64,000 nt of DNA from the NCBI GenBank assembly GCA_951406725.2, contig OX597817.1:111042001-111106000 (forward strand), in the 5' to 3' direction. The DNA is from Octopus vulgaris. Its lineage: Eukaryota. Below are positions 51,142 through 64,000 of the stretch, in pieces. Made by a program: the position numbers and the translations under genes. Under the pieces are notes generated by a model, which did no database searches, was not told the origin of the DNA, and was given only the letters and a program-made list of their open reading frames with translations. Numbering within the stretch: position 1 is the stretch's first letter; each line of letters begins with the position of its first letter.

Positions 51142-51610
51142 GGTGGCAAGCTGGCAGAATCATTAGCGCACCGGGTGAAATGCTTAGTGGTATTTTGTCT
51201 GCTGCTACATTCTGAGTTCAAATTCTGCCAAGGTCCACTTTGCCTTTCATCCTTTCAGGGTCGATAAATTAAGTACCAGTCAAGTACTGGGATCGTTGTG
51301 ATTGACTATCCTCCTCTCATCAAATCCCTGATCTTATGCCTATAGTAGAAAGGATTATTATTACTATTATTACTATTAAGGTGGCAAGCTGGCAGAATCG
51401 TTAGCATGCTGGACGAAATGCTTAGTGGTATTTCAACTGTCTTTACTTTCTGAGTTGAAATTCTGCTGGGGTCAGTTTTGTCTTTCATCCTTTCAGGATC
51501 AATTAAATAAGTACCAGTTACGCACTGGAGTTGATGTAATCGACTTAATCCCCTCCACCAAGCTACCCTTGTGGCAAAAATTTGAAATCATTGTTATTAT
51601 TGTTTATTAT
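51140..51610 (+). mobile_element. Two tandem full-length SINEs with (ATT)n linkers
   Basis: ggtggcaagctggcagaatc.ttagc heads at about 51141 and 51380. Confidence 0.9.
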
Positions 51611-51917
51611 TATTTGTAGTAATAGTAGGAGTAGTAGGAGGAGAGGAAGGAGGAAGCAGAGGACTTACTCTGGTTTAACATATTCATTCATGTATCTGTT
51701 CACATCAGTATGCATATAGATGTAGGAGCATGTGCATAGATTCCCACACATGCATATTTAATTAAACCTGCAATCACAGATTACTTGTTGTTGCTAAAAC
51801 GAAACTATCTACATTATAATCTTTTATACTCATTACAAAATGTTTAATATATTTTAAACTAATGCATCTGATTGTTGTTTACACACCCGTCTTTGTCTTT
51901 TGTTTTTTTGTAAATTC

Positions 51918-51960
<43 letters not shown>

Positions 51961-54823
51961 GATATATAAATATTTTCCAAATTCTTTCATTTTAGTGTAA
52001 AAAGTTTATTAATGTAATAAGTTTATTTTTCTTTGGTTTTCTCTTAGCAAAATAAGAAATATAGTTATTTCAAGAAATTAATCCATACAGAGGAATACCA
52101 TAATCTTTTAACAGATTGCCATGAAGAGTTTGTATAGTTAGAGAAAATTGATATTTTTATTATATAGTTTATATACTGTGGGCTATTTTGTGTTTTAGTA
52201 CCTGCTTTTGAGTTTGAGTGTGTTCTCTATTTCTTAATATGTGTTTAAGCACATTTATGAACCACTTTTTCCCTCGCAATCAGTCATTTAATATAGTCAG
52301 TTCTGAATTTAGACTTGGTCAGGTCCTAAAGCATGTGACCTAATGGTTTGGGTGTTGAGCTCATGATTATAAGGTTGTGGGTTTGATTCCTGAACTATTC
52401 AATGTGTTTTACTCTTGAGCAAGACACTTCATTTCATGTTGTTCGATTCTACTCAGCTAAAGTTGAATACCAGCCTTTTCTTTCTCCAGCTGTTACATCC
52501 TTGATGCTCTGCTGAGTTAAAATGTGGGAAGGCTGAAATGTTGCTAATATCTATTTGCAGCTGCGTAGGCACTTAAAACAATTACAAAAATTAGGGTGCA
52601 TATTGCCATGTCATACTTATGGGAGATGACTGTAGTTATGATTTTAGGTCTTAAGCTATTTAAAGTTTGTTAAAATATTACACCAAAAATTTTCATAGAA
52701 ATTGAAAGCATGATTTTTAAAAAAATCATTTTGAGGTCCCATGTAGTGTCACTTAAGCAATCCAGTCTTACAAAGTGATCTCTCTTCAAGCTGTGCCCTT
52801 AGAAAGATTTGAACTGTGCACTTCGCCATGTAGTGTCTCTTAAGCAATCCAGTGACTTTAGGAGTTGAAATGGGCACTTCATTATAAAAATCCACTTGTC
52901 AGTTTGCTATGTTCTGTTCGGAGATGAAAGTATTTTAAGTTTGGAGAGGAAAGTATTTTAATTTTGGTTAACTTGGTCATTTTATGAGAATTGTTTAGCC
53001 ATTCAGAGACAAAAAAAAAAGAAGAAAAGAAATCTGTCAGCCCATTAGTTGTGCAGTACCTTATTCACTTGGCTACCTGCACTCCCAATGTTCTTAATTT
53101 ATCTCTGTCAACCAGCCCTGTCAAGTATGGACTTGTAGATTTATTCATTTATTTAACCTTGGTTTTTGCAAGTATTGTTTCCTTTTTATATCTGTATGTG
53201 TTCAACAGAAGAGGTGAACTCATAGCTGTTTTAGGATCTTCTGCATTAAAGGACCAAGATATTAGGGATATTAATCTCTCTGCCATCCTTTTCAACTTTC
53301 ATAAAAAATTGTAGCTGTTATGCACTTGGGTGGACTTAATCAGTTATGCATGTACTTTATGCTCCTCTTTCAAAGGCTTTTCTCATTTTGATGATGGCTT
53401 AGTCTGGGAGTAACTGCAATACTTTTGACCTTTTTTGCAGAATGTTAGTGACTAATAACAGAAAGCGGGGAAGAAGCCACAATATAGGTTATCCTCAGAT
53501 CAGAGACTTGGTCTAAATGCTTGCTAAAGAATGGACTCCACTAAAGTACTCAAGGGACAGGTGGCAGTATTAAACTGATTGATAGATTAAGTCTACCATC
53601 CATGAACAGTTACTACCACACAGTTTCTATCTCACCAATTTTACTTACAAGGCTTTGGTTGACCCAAGGCGATAGTATAAGACAGTTACCACATTGTGAA
53701 GTTGAACTCAGAATTATGTTATTTTGAAGTGAAATTCTTAACCACTCAGCAATACCAGTCATTACACCACAGATGTAGCAGATTCTTTTTGCAGTCACTC
53801 CTGAAAAAAAAAGGAGGAGATAGTTTGATCAGTGGTTTGGAAATTATCAGGGAGTTAGGTTTGTTTAGCCATGTTGAACTTCAAGATAAGCTTTTGAATA
53901 CATATCACTATGGAGGAACGTTCTTCTAATGTCTTAATACATAGGGTACATATTGTCAGGTGTCCTTAGCTGTAGAATCATTAGTGCATTGTACAAGGTG
54001 CTTAGTGGCATTTTAGGAGACTTTAGATTCAAATATAGATTCAAATATAGTTTGCCTTTTGTCCTTTAGGGATCAATAAAATTAAGTACCAGTCAAATAC
54101 TGGAGTTGATGTAATCAACTAACCCAACTCTCCCTAAAATTGCTAGCTCTTTGCTAAAATTTGAAACTATCATTACATAATTCATTAATAGAAAACTTTT
54201 TGAGGTCCTCCATTTACTAACAGGAGGGAAAAATTTATTCTCTCACAGAAGAGGTCCTGTACTCTTGAGTCAGAATGAACTTCACTAAAGGCACTCAAGT
54301 GCCATTGGTGGTATTAAATGTACCACCCCCAAAACAATAATGGCTTTCACACAGTCTCTGTCTGCAAAATTTCACTCACAAGGCTTTGGTGATAAAAGAT
54401 ACTTGCTCAAGGTACAATGTGTTGAGGTTGAGTGCAGAATCACAGAGTTACAAAGCTAACTTCTTAACTATACAGCTTTGTATGTGCCTGTCATTAGACA
54501 CACACATATCCTATTCCATCATCAATTTTATTATCTGCATTTTTCACCAGCATCATCTTTAATTTCTCCATCATCATTATTATAGTTGTCATCATCATTA
54601 TCATTGATGTCATCATCATTATCCTTGCTGTTTTCATCATTACCCTTCTTGTCATCATCATTATCCTTGTTTTCTTCTTTGTGTAAAATATGTTGGAAAA
54701 TACTTGCTCGGGAGTTTTGGAAATATTTCTCAACCAGAACAATCAAAATATTTCATGAAATTTGGTTTGTGTGGGAGGTGGTGAGAAGGAATTTATTTAC
54801 ATCTGGTTGCTGCTGTCTTTCAG

Positions 54824-54913
54824 TTGCCTCATTTGCTGGGAATATTTTTCAAAATAGGAAGTGATCCAAGGAAAGGAAGCAATACTCTTTTGAATAACAC
54901 TTCTTGTAATAAT
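54824..54913 (+). CDS. Possible 90-nt internal exon (LPHLLGIFFKIGSDPRKGSNTLLNNTSCNN)
   Basis: Acceptor tgctgtctttcag| and donor AAT|GTAAGT at 54914; phase-0 frame is open. Could instead be the end of a non-coding first exon. Confidence 0.3.
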
Positions 54914-56324
54914 GTAAGTATGAAGCAGAATGTGTGGAATTAAAAAAATGTTTTAAAAAATCCAATATTAATTTGATGACACTAATGAAATAGATGAAAA
55001 TGAAATGTGTGACTCACAAGAGGGACATCTGCAAGGGAAAGAGAATAGATTTTCTGCTAATGAATTATGTGATAATGAACCTTTTTTTTGTTTTTCTTTT
55101 TCTTTATAAAGGATGTCTGGTAACATTTAATTATCTGTATTGAAAGACCACTACACAGCTGGAAAAGTACACATATTTATATGCATGCAAGAACAAAAAA
55201 GCCTCTATCAGGTTGTTCAAACTGCTAGAAAGAGCAGCTAAACCTCCCTTAATATGCTACCGTCTTCAAAAAATGACACTCGATTACCTTCAAAGGGGGG
55301 AGGGGAAACACTGGATGATCGTGGCTAGAATACTTTTAATCATAGATCTGCTAACCAGTGTGGTGCTAAACAAACAACAACAATATTCAAAAACAATGAG
55401 ATAGCCTCTACATCGAGTATAGGTAACATTTTAAAGAAGGTTCCATGTGTTGTGTATGACTGCTCTGCATGATCACGCAACATGCTAGAAATAACAGTAA
55501 ATCTTGCTCAAATCACACCCTACTATCTTACAATAGAAAGGACATGTTAGATGGGGTAGTCCTAGTTATTTGAGAACAAGATAGGGTGGCCAAGCTTAAA
55601 ATATCTTGATCATAGCTCTGCTCATTCAGAGCTGGCATGGAGATAATCAACACTAAAAAGTAACCTACCACCTGGTAGATAAAACAACACTCTCTAACAT
55701 CTTACAAGGCATTTTGCCCAGTTGTAGACCATTTACATATTTTGATATACAGTTTGCTGTATAACTGTAGTGTGGAATTTTAAATATATTCCATCCATTA
55801 TCTAGCCTGTCTCTGTATGCTTGTGGGTACTGGTATACCAGATAAACATAGCTATTACTCTCCTGCACTTCTAGCAATGTGCAACCCAACAGAATGTTTT
55901 TGGTTTATCAGATGTTTATTACTTAAACAAAAGTCAGCTCTGATCATGCAGTCAGCTGAATGAATAGTTACAGTCCACATATCCATAGCTTTAAAATTGT
56001 TGTTATTCTTTGCAATTTCTAAATTCTAAGACTTGTCAGATATGAAGTAGTTGAAGGTGATGATGCACATTGTAACACCAAAGAATAGTAACACCAAACA
56101 ATAACATCAAAGAATATATAACTAATATACATTCAATGATATAAATTGACCACACTCATACAGAAGATAATAAATACATGTTTGTGATTTTATCAAGCCC
56201 CAAGGCCTTTAAGGTTTTTTGTAATATTCCTGTTGCTTTGGTAATTGATGAAATGAAGTCAAGATTATGCTTAACATTGAAAGCTCACATCCTGCACTTT
56301 GTATTTCTATCATGACTGTTTAGA

Positions 56325-56735
56325 AAAAAAGCTTACTTCCCAACCATTTGGTTCTGCCCTCAGTCCCACTGCATGGTATCTTTTCCTATACCTTTGAGCC
56401 TTGTATATCGATTAGATAGACAGAAACTGAAAGAAGCTCATCATACATATGTAGCTATATGAATGTGTGCATATTTGTGTGCATTTGAGTTGTTGTCCCC
56501 TTGTCTTGCCATCACATGATTGTTAATCAGTGTCACTGTCATACAGCTGGTGTCTTCCATTACCAGTCTTCCATGAAAACATATCCATGAGAAAATATTA
56601 CCTTACTTGAAAACAGGAGAGTTGGTAACAGGAAGGACATCCAGGCATAGAAAACCTGCCATAAGAAATTCCATATTACTCATGTGAGCATTGGAAAGCA
56701 GACATTAAAATGATGATGATGGTGATGATGATGAT
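56325..56735 (+). mobile_element. tRNA-derived SINE ending in the RTE-like 3' tail
   Basis: Head agcttacttcccaaccat...cagtcccactgcatgg; tail ggaaagcagacattaaaatgatgatgatg matches the RTE 3' end at 23171-23200. Confidence 0.75.
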
Positions 56736-56943
56736 CTTAGTGTGGTTTTGATAACTCCTTTTAGAAAAATAAAAGCCATTTTGCTTATTGAGTGTAGGCA
56801 ATTCGGTTGAAAGTGTTTGTTTGTGCTTCTATTCTCTCTACACATGAACAACAACAAAAACCCCTTCAAAACTTCTAAAAATACTAGTGCTCTCTCTCTC
56901 TCCCTCTCTCAGATACACATATGCATGCACACATGTGCGCGCA

Positions 56944-56988
<45 letters not shown>

Positions 56989-57034
56989 GCACACACACAC
57001 ACACACACATGTGCATTGCAAAAATTGAATTCTG

Positions 57035-57510
57035 AAGATTAGGCATCTTTGTCAGGGACAGAAATTACTCCAGCCCTGATCAGCCCTTTGTAATGAACAA
57101 GCGTGGCTGTTATTGGATCATGACTTACAAATGTGGGGAAGTGCTACTGCTCCATGTAAAAAACAATATAGATTCCATTCATAAAAAGACTATATGGCTG
57201 ATTAGCAAAAAATTAATCAATAGCATTCTACTACAACTAGCCCACCACGGACATGTTGTTTCTTCTTTCATATGTCTGATGCTACTACAATATCCTCTAA
57301 TCTTCCAAACTAGCTGACTGTATATTCTTCAACCAAAGTCCAGTTGTCAGATCCATCTCTCCTTTCTTCAGCTCTGCCTTTTTGTATCACTCTACTGAGT
57401 CTTCTATATGCTTTATCCAGTCTTTTCTCAAAATGCTCCTCCCCCTTGGGCACTTGCACTTTTCCTGCAGATGACCAAAACTTCTGACAATTTGCTGTGC
57501 TTGAGAAGGT
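57035..57510 (+). mobile_element. Degraded CR1/L2-group LINE RT fragment
   Basis: QMWGSA...NIDSIHKKTIWLISKKLINSILLQLAHHGHVVSS resembles IWGGA...LD.IQKRA.RLI...LQPLAHRR.V.SL; same type as 8935-9790. Confidence 0.55.
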
Positions 57511-59784
57511 TAAGTGAAATTGTAGTCATGGGCAGTGCTGGTGACATAAAAAGCACTATGCCACTGATACGTAAAAGACACCCAGTACACTCTGTAAAAT
57601 GATTGGCAGGGACATCCAGCTGTTAAAACCAAGCCAAAAAAGATGACTGGAGCCTGGTGCTCTCTGGCTTTCCAACTCCAGCCAAACCATCTAACACATG
57701 TCAGCATGGAAAACAGATCTTAAATGAGGAGGAGGAGGGGACTTTTGATATTCATACTGAATATCAACCACATCAGTCTCACCAGTCCCGAAGAACCTAT
57801 CAAGATCATGTGAACTGATCCTCCTCTGACTAAATTTTTTTTAAATGCTTTTGTTAAATATGTGTTGTATTTTTGTTGGTGATTATGGTCTTCAATTCTG
57901 TAAACTATAATTCTCAGTGAAGTGGTATAATTAGACATTTTTGAAATGTCTAAAATTATTTTTTTGTTCATTGATGTCTAAATGTGTTGTGGCAATGATG
58001 GGCAAGAGGTGATCAGAAGACAGGTGTGAGGGTGGGGTGGAGGAGTTTGTTTGCCATGTGATTGTAGTAGTTAGGTTTGTGGAGCAGAAGGTGAGTTTGT
58101 TATTGTAGTTATCTTGGTGAAATAAAGGGAATTTATTTGGGATGCTATTGTGTCATCTCTCATCATCAGAATTTTATTTTACTATATGTGCTGTATGCTT
58201 TGAACTCTCTGTAATTTAAGTGTTAGAGTTTGCTAAGCTGTTATGACAGAAGTGTGTAAATTCATGAAATAGTTTATGAAGGTGATGGTGATAAGTGTAT
58301 TATGTTAAAGTATTCCATGTTGCTAGTTTTTATCTTGAACACTTAGATTTCTAGCATGATACTATACTGTAAATGAGTTCAAACATTGCTTTGTAATTAT
58401 ATACTAGGTACATAATTTTATGAGGCCCCACTATGGTTTGACCTGTCCTGCTTTACCAGAGCAGTAATCCAGAATTTAATTTGTTCTGTAAGAGTTTCTT
58501 GTTCTGTAAGAGTTTCTTGCATTACTGTGATGGGAATATTTTATGTGATGAAAGTTCAATTCACAAAATTTTTGATGCCATCTGTGCTGTACTGTAATTT
58601 TAGATTTTTGTGTGTTATGATTATATAGTGAGAATTAGCCTTTCTCGATCCCTGTTTCTTTGGCATTTTATAGGCAAAAGGGCAACAACACTTATGACTT
58701 TTTTCAGGTGGTATGTATGAAGACTGGTGGGAGTAAGGAGAAAGATTTTGTTTGACTAAAAGCTCAGTCCAAATTTTTCTTCCAGCTTCACAGATCCCAG
58801 TTGAACCGTCCAACCCATGGTAGCATGGAGAACGGATGCTAAATGATGATGATGATGATGATGATGTTACTCCACTACATGTTGATAAAAAGATGTAAAT
58901 TTTGAATTATGTTGTAGTCTAATGGTTGTTTAGTCGTCATATTGTCGTGAATAAAATTGGATTGTTAAGAGCCTTAAATTTTAATAGGAATACAACAAAG
59001 ATATTTCTGGTATCACATCATCTTACTTAGCTCTGAGTCAATTGTGATCCAACACACCTATGATGAAAACGAAACTGCAACCATGACCACTCCATATCCT
59101 ATTTTCATCCTCCTATATATCTGGGATAACACTATCAAATCTGTTCTTAACTTTTTAAGATAGTAGGGATAGTGTGAGTGAAATTTGACTGCTGTTTGAA
59201 GGTAAAAATTTAGGGAAAAATTATTACTTACCTTGATTTATTAATCAAACTTGAATATTACAAAATTCTAAATAACTCAACCAGTAGTATGGATTCTCTT
59301 AAGCCTTAAATTATATTTTCTAAAATCCATGGGGTTCCTGGATCTTGCTTGTGGTGCACCATTGTACTATAGTGTACTATTTTAAAACCGCTGGTGTAGA
59401 CGTCTGCGCGTTGACTCACATTTTCCTGTTTTGTTGTGATTTGAGTCATGTGTAGGTGTGCTTTGTGCTGGGACGATCCTTGACTTTTGATAACTGAATT
59501 GTCTGTTTTTTGTAGAGTCATTCACTTTTGTAACTTTTTCACATGTGGTGCTTGTTTCCTGAATTGGCTTTTTATCATTTAACCTGTTTTCCATTTGTGA
59601 CCTTTGCAGGCATATATTTTCTGATTTGAATTCGTCAAAATGTATTTTGATTTTTAAACAATTGAAGAATAGTTTAAAAGAGATTTGAGTAATATTGCCA
59701 GTAGTTTATGCAACCAATTAGAAACTTGCTTTGTGAATTCATAGATCTATTTTATCATCATCATTTTACATCTCCTTTCCATTA

Positions 59785-60157
59785 GTGGAGGCGCAATGGT
59801 CCAGTGGTTAGGGCAAGGACTCGTGGTCATAGGATCATAGGACTGGGTGTTGTGAATGTTTACTGAGCAAAAACACCTAAAGCTCCACGAGGCTCCAGCA
59901 GGGGGGTGGGGTGCAAGTCCTGCTGTACTCTTTCACCACAACTTTCTCTCACTCTTTCTTCCTGTTTTTGTTTTGACTGTATTTCAAAGGGCCACCCGTG
60001 TCACACTCTGTGTCATGCTAAATCTCCCTGAGAACTACGTTAAGGGTACATGTGTCTGTGGAGTGCTCAGCCACTTGCACGTTAATTTCACAAGCTGGCT
60101 GTTGTTCCATTGATTGGATGAACTGGAACCCTCGTCTTCGTAACCGACAGAGTGCCA
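59785..60157 (+). mobile_element. Near full-length tRNA-derived SINE with 10-bp TSD
   Basis: Head gtggaggcgcaatggtccagtggttaggg; TSD CTTTCCATTA at 59775-59784 and 60158-60167. Confidence 0.88.
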
Positions 60158-61869
60158 CTTTCCATTAAGACATAGATTGGATACAATTTGAATAAGTTCT
60201 TGTTTTGAGTTACTGCCTTCCGAGACATGATGAAGACTTGTGTTACTTGTAGGTTCTATATTTGGTATGGCTTATAGCTGGATGTCCTTCCTGGCATGAA
60301 CCATGTTACAGAGTGTATTGGGTGCATTTTGTCATGGCACTAGCACTAGAAAGGTTGTCATGTTCTTGATGAGATGAGGCTAAAGGGTCCTCTTGAGCAT
60401 GTATTGTCTTCATTTTACCTGCCACTTTACAATGTACTGGGGTACATTCTATTGTGGCTCCAGTACTCTGAAGTTACCTCATACCACATAAGACAAATGA
60501 GTCCTCATTGCACTATATTATCTCCATTTGTTCAAAGTAATATAACCAACAGTGTAGGTAGGAAAGAGAGTAATGATGTAGAAAGTATCTGTTGTGATCT
60601 ATAGAGCATCTAGAGGTCTGTGCTAATTGTCAAATATAAACTCTTTTGAAAGAATAAGAACTGACTATTAATTTCCTTTTATTTTGAATCAAAAGACCAG
60701 TGTTTCCACTTAACTGTGATTTCATGTTTCATTAAACTATTACTGTTAATGTGGATTGGCAGAACTGCCTACATCAACTTCACCTTTCATTCTTCTAGAG
60801 TTGATAAAATACCAGTCAATTCATACCCACCCCCACCAAATTCCTAACCTTGTGTCCGTATTAGAAATGATTATTATAACTTATTGACAAATGAAGTTAT
60901 GATAGTTTGTCAGCAAATGGAATTTGTGGTTCAGTCCTTTCTTTCTCTGGTTAGAAATACTTCACTTAGGCTACCAATCAATACATTTCAAAAACATTAA
61001 ATATTACATTTCCCTTCTCCTGTAACTTTTGATTCATCATTAAAAAATACTCTTCTCCCCTTATCGTGGTTGTTATCATCATCATAATCATTGCAGTTGT
61101 AATATTATTTCCTGTTTGTCATCATCTGTTTCATCATTCAGCAATTAATATAAAGTATGGACTATTAATGTTTTCTATGAGCCAATGAAGAAGTCTGTGT
61201 TACTGAGACGAAGAAATAGCAACCAACTCTCATTTGTATCATGCTCTGCCATTTATCTAAAAAAAAGTGGTGGAGAAGGACTCTTTGGACTATGTGATCA
61301 TAGATACATTGTGTTGGAAGAAAAGAACAGACTGTTTCTTGCTAGATTAACTTTGAGCAGAAGTTTAATTGATCAGGGCTGAACAACAACAAGAACATGT
61401 CCCAAAGGAGCAGACCTTGATTTGGGTTCTGTTTGAAACTATTTTATCTCCCTGACATTCATAATTTTCTTTGATGAATAAGAACATCATAAATCCCTTT
61501 TTTCTTTCCTTTAAAATCTCAGGTGCCAGAATGGGTTTCTCAGTTTCCAAAAGGCTGACTTCTGTATGTTTTTGACTTGTAAGTTGATAAAGACCATGAA
61601 AAAATACATGTATTATTTCTCTTCATTAAACATTTAAGTTACTGTTTGTATGTAAGAAATCTGTATTATAAAACCAGCCTATCATCTATTCATTACCATA
61701 TCATTTAGAATACTGTAAAAAGTAGTTGTGGATGATAGGAAAGACATTAGAACACTAGGTTTTGATACTGTTGTTTCCCTAGTCAGATTTTGTTAAGACT
61801 CAGTTTTGTCTAACATCTTTTTTGTATTTATGAAAGGGTGTTGATAAAATAAGTGTATGAAGGCTTGGC

Positions 61870-62210
61870 TACATAGAGCAATAATTCTGCCAGAGGTTCT
61901 ATATAGTAGCAGGTGGAAATGGCAGCAAAGGTAGCCAGGAAATGGATATGAAAAGGAAATTCCTTTGTGAAACAAATCCCAACTACTTCAAAATACTGTG
62001 GCACTACTTCAGTTTTACTTGGCAGGTCACCATTTGTACTTACCAGCCGTTCAGCATACAAAAGCTACAATGATATGGACACTGGAACAAGGAAAATAGA
62101 AAAAGGGCCAGCCCAAGAATGTCTGGCATCACACATTCAAGTGAAATCTCAAATGCACAAAGACTAGTTGAACAGGAGTAGAAAGAACTTCAGCAGATTG
62201 ATTGTACATG
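61870..62210 (+). mobile_element. Old RTE-like LINE C-terminal relic
   Basis: TMIWTLEQGK*KKGQPKNVWHHTF resembles the RTE terminal motif ALTWTPEGKRKRGRPK.TWRRT. Confidence 0.5.
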
Positions 62211-63464
62211 AAGAGGACCTAACTCTAAGTAATACACTGATTTATATAATTGGTGAGAGTAATTAGAATAACAATTATTGTCTGTTTTTGCCTCACCATA
62301 AAATTCTATGAAAATAGGCATTTTGTTACCCCATTTAATCCAAAATTATTTATGTTTAGAAGATTAGATAATACAACATCAGTAATTGCTCCACTATCAT
62401 CCAATTTAGCATCTCATATATATTAAGGTCAATTAAATTCACTCGTGTTCCCAAGCTTTTGTTTCTCAGCAAGAAATCACCATCCTCACTGTCATTATTA
62501 GGTCAGTAGTGTGGCAATACATACCTTTACATTTTGGGTTAATAAAATAACGTAACAGTTAAGAACTTGAGTCAATTTAAATTACTACACTCTGTCCTCA
62601 AAATCTGTGAGAAACTGAGTTTAAAACCTATAAATGTCAGCTTTTCCTTTCACTGTTAAAGCAAGTTCTAGTCAAATACTGGGATTGATTACATTTACTT
62701 ACCTTTACTATACAATGAATGATCATGTGCCAAATTTATGTGTTATATTCTGGAGGAATAATGTAGGGATAATGTATAATTATCAGAAATTCTTGACCTG
62801 GAAGTGCTACTGAGAGGCAATACTGGTTTGAGATAAACTTTACAGGCATGGAATTGCCATGAATAAGCCTGTCCAAGATACATACAGAGCAACAAAATCA
62901 TTCCGCATGCACTCATTCTTTGTTCTAGCATTACCGTTTTATGGAGTTATGTTCATCAACTGGTGTTGTGTATAGGAAAGATTTAGTTATCAACTGAATC
63001 TATTGAGAAAATTGCTCCACCACCTCTTTCCTTTAACTGTCAGAGGTGGGCAGTTTTTCTCTGGTAGCAAATGTGAAATAGGTGCTGAAAGCACTTTCCT
63101 CTTCAACCCTTAAATTTAGAAAAAAATGTGAGGGTAGAGAAGAAAGTGCTATATTGCAGCAAATTTATTAAAAGGTGAGTTTCTGGTGAGAATGGCATGA
63201 GTGAATGGGTGTAATTTCAGCATGCATCGATTGGTTAAAGAATGTCATTTTGAAAGTTGATAGTTGAGGTTATCTTGACTCTGAGGAGTTATTTGATTGG
63301 CCCTAGTTGCCTCTTTTTTCTATTGGCTATAACATTTTTATCCTGTGTCTACTATTTTTATCTCATTCCATTTTTTTCATCCTATTTTCATGTAAACCAC
63401 CATATTTGTCTTTTTAATGTCTCATCCAACTGGCTTCCTCAAGACATATGATACCTCCAATCCC

Positions 63465-64000
63465 TGTGGGGTTGATAAAATAAGGTACCAGTCATGTAAT
63501 AGATTCAATCTAATAGACTAACCCCCTTCTTCAAAATTTCAGGCCCTTTGCTTTATGCTAGAAACAATTATTTTCATCATTATCATCATCATCAAGACAG
63601 CAAGTTTGCAGATGCATTAGCATTCCAACAAAATGCTTAGTGGCATTTCGTCTGTTTTTACATCCTGAGTTCAAATTCTGCCTAGGTTGGCTTTGCATTT
63701 TATCTTTTCAAGATTAAAAGAATATCTACCAGTTGAGTACTGATGGGGAGGAGGTGGTCGATGTAATCAACTTGCCCCTCCTTCAGAATTACTGAACTTA
63801 ATATTATTAAGGTGGCAATCTAGCAGGATTGTTAGCACACCGGACAAAATGCTTAGCGACATTTCATCCGTCTTTACGTTCTGAGTTCAAATTCCACTGA
63901 GGTCGACTTTGCCTTTCATTCTTTTGAGGTCAATGAAATAAGTATCAGATATGCACTGGGATCAATGTAATTTAACTTACTCCTATCTCCCAAATTTCAG
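63465..64000 (+). mobile_element. Tandem SINE array (three copies, last truncated by window end)
   Basis: Same SINE core with ATT/ATC linkers. Confidence 0.85.

Noticed and set aside
54494-54746. Asp/Asn-rich and Met-rich ORFs
   Set aside because: Translation of a degenerate (CAT)n tract.
54755-54823. Selenocysteine or readthrough ORF (ATG 54755, in-frame TGA 54782)
   Set aside because: No SECIS can be evaluated and there is no selenoprotein motif; a downstream acceptor or a UTR explains it more simply.
58021-58100. G-quadruplex-like tract and AAG|GTGAGT donor
   Set aside because: G-runs are irregular and the surrounding GT-rich low-complexity DNA makes chance matches likely.
63044-63180. 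Exon ending at AAG|GTGAGT (63175)
   Set aside because: Good donor, but no convincing acceptor plus coding frame identified; insufficient support.

Overview
AT-rich, CpG-poor, microsatellite-dense eukaryotic DNA. The SINE families resemble those I recall from Octopus, so a coleoid cephalopod source is inferred, not verified. No long host coding region is present, and almost all ORF-track entries are microsatellite or repeat artefacts. The window reads as the 5' part of a large plus-strand gene, mostly intron, with several candidate exons or alternative first exons (donors at 688, 15614, 47160, 54914). One of these encodes a 29-aa hydrophobic N-terminus. The introns are packed with mobile elements: at least 4 tRNA-derived or older SINE families, two R4/Dong-like RLE non-LTR fragments inside (TAA)n-linked SINE arrays, RTE and CR1-group LINE fragments, mariner (DD34D) and maT-like (DD37D) transposase relics, two TTAA piggyBac-type MITEs, and a Helitron-like STPR (23-aa repeat) relic next to a 13x36-bp minisatellite. 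The most striking structure is a ~1.1-kb foldback (5312-6436, ~520-bp arms) in which each arm carries a type I hammerhead-ribozyme motif with an unusually long stem II, consistent with an inverted Penelope-like pseudo-LTR. Repeat boundaries are approximate unless a TSD or TIR is quoted.
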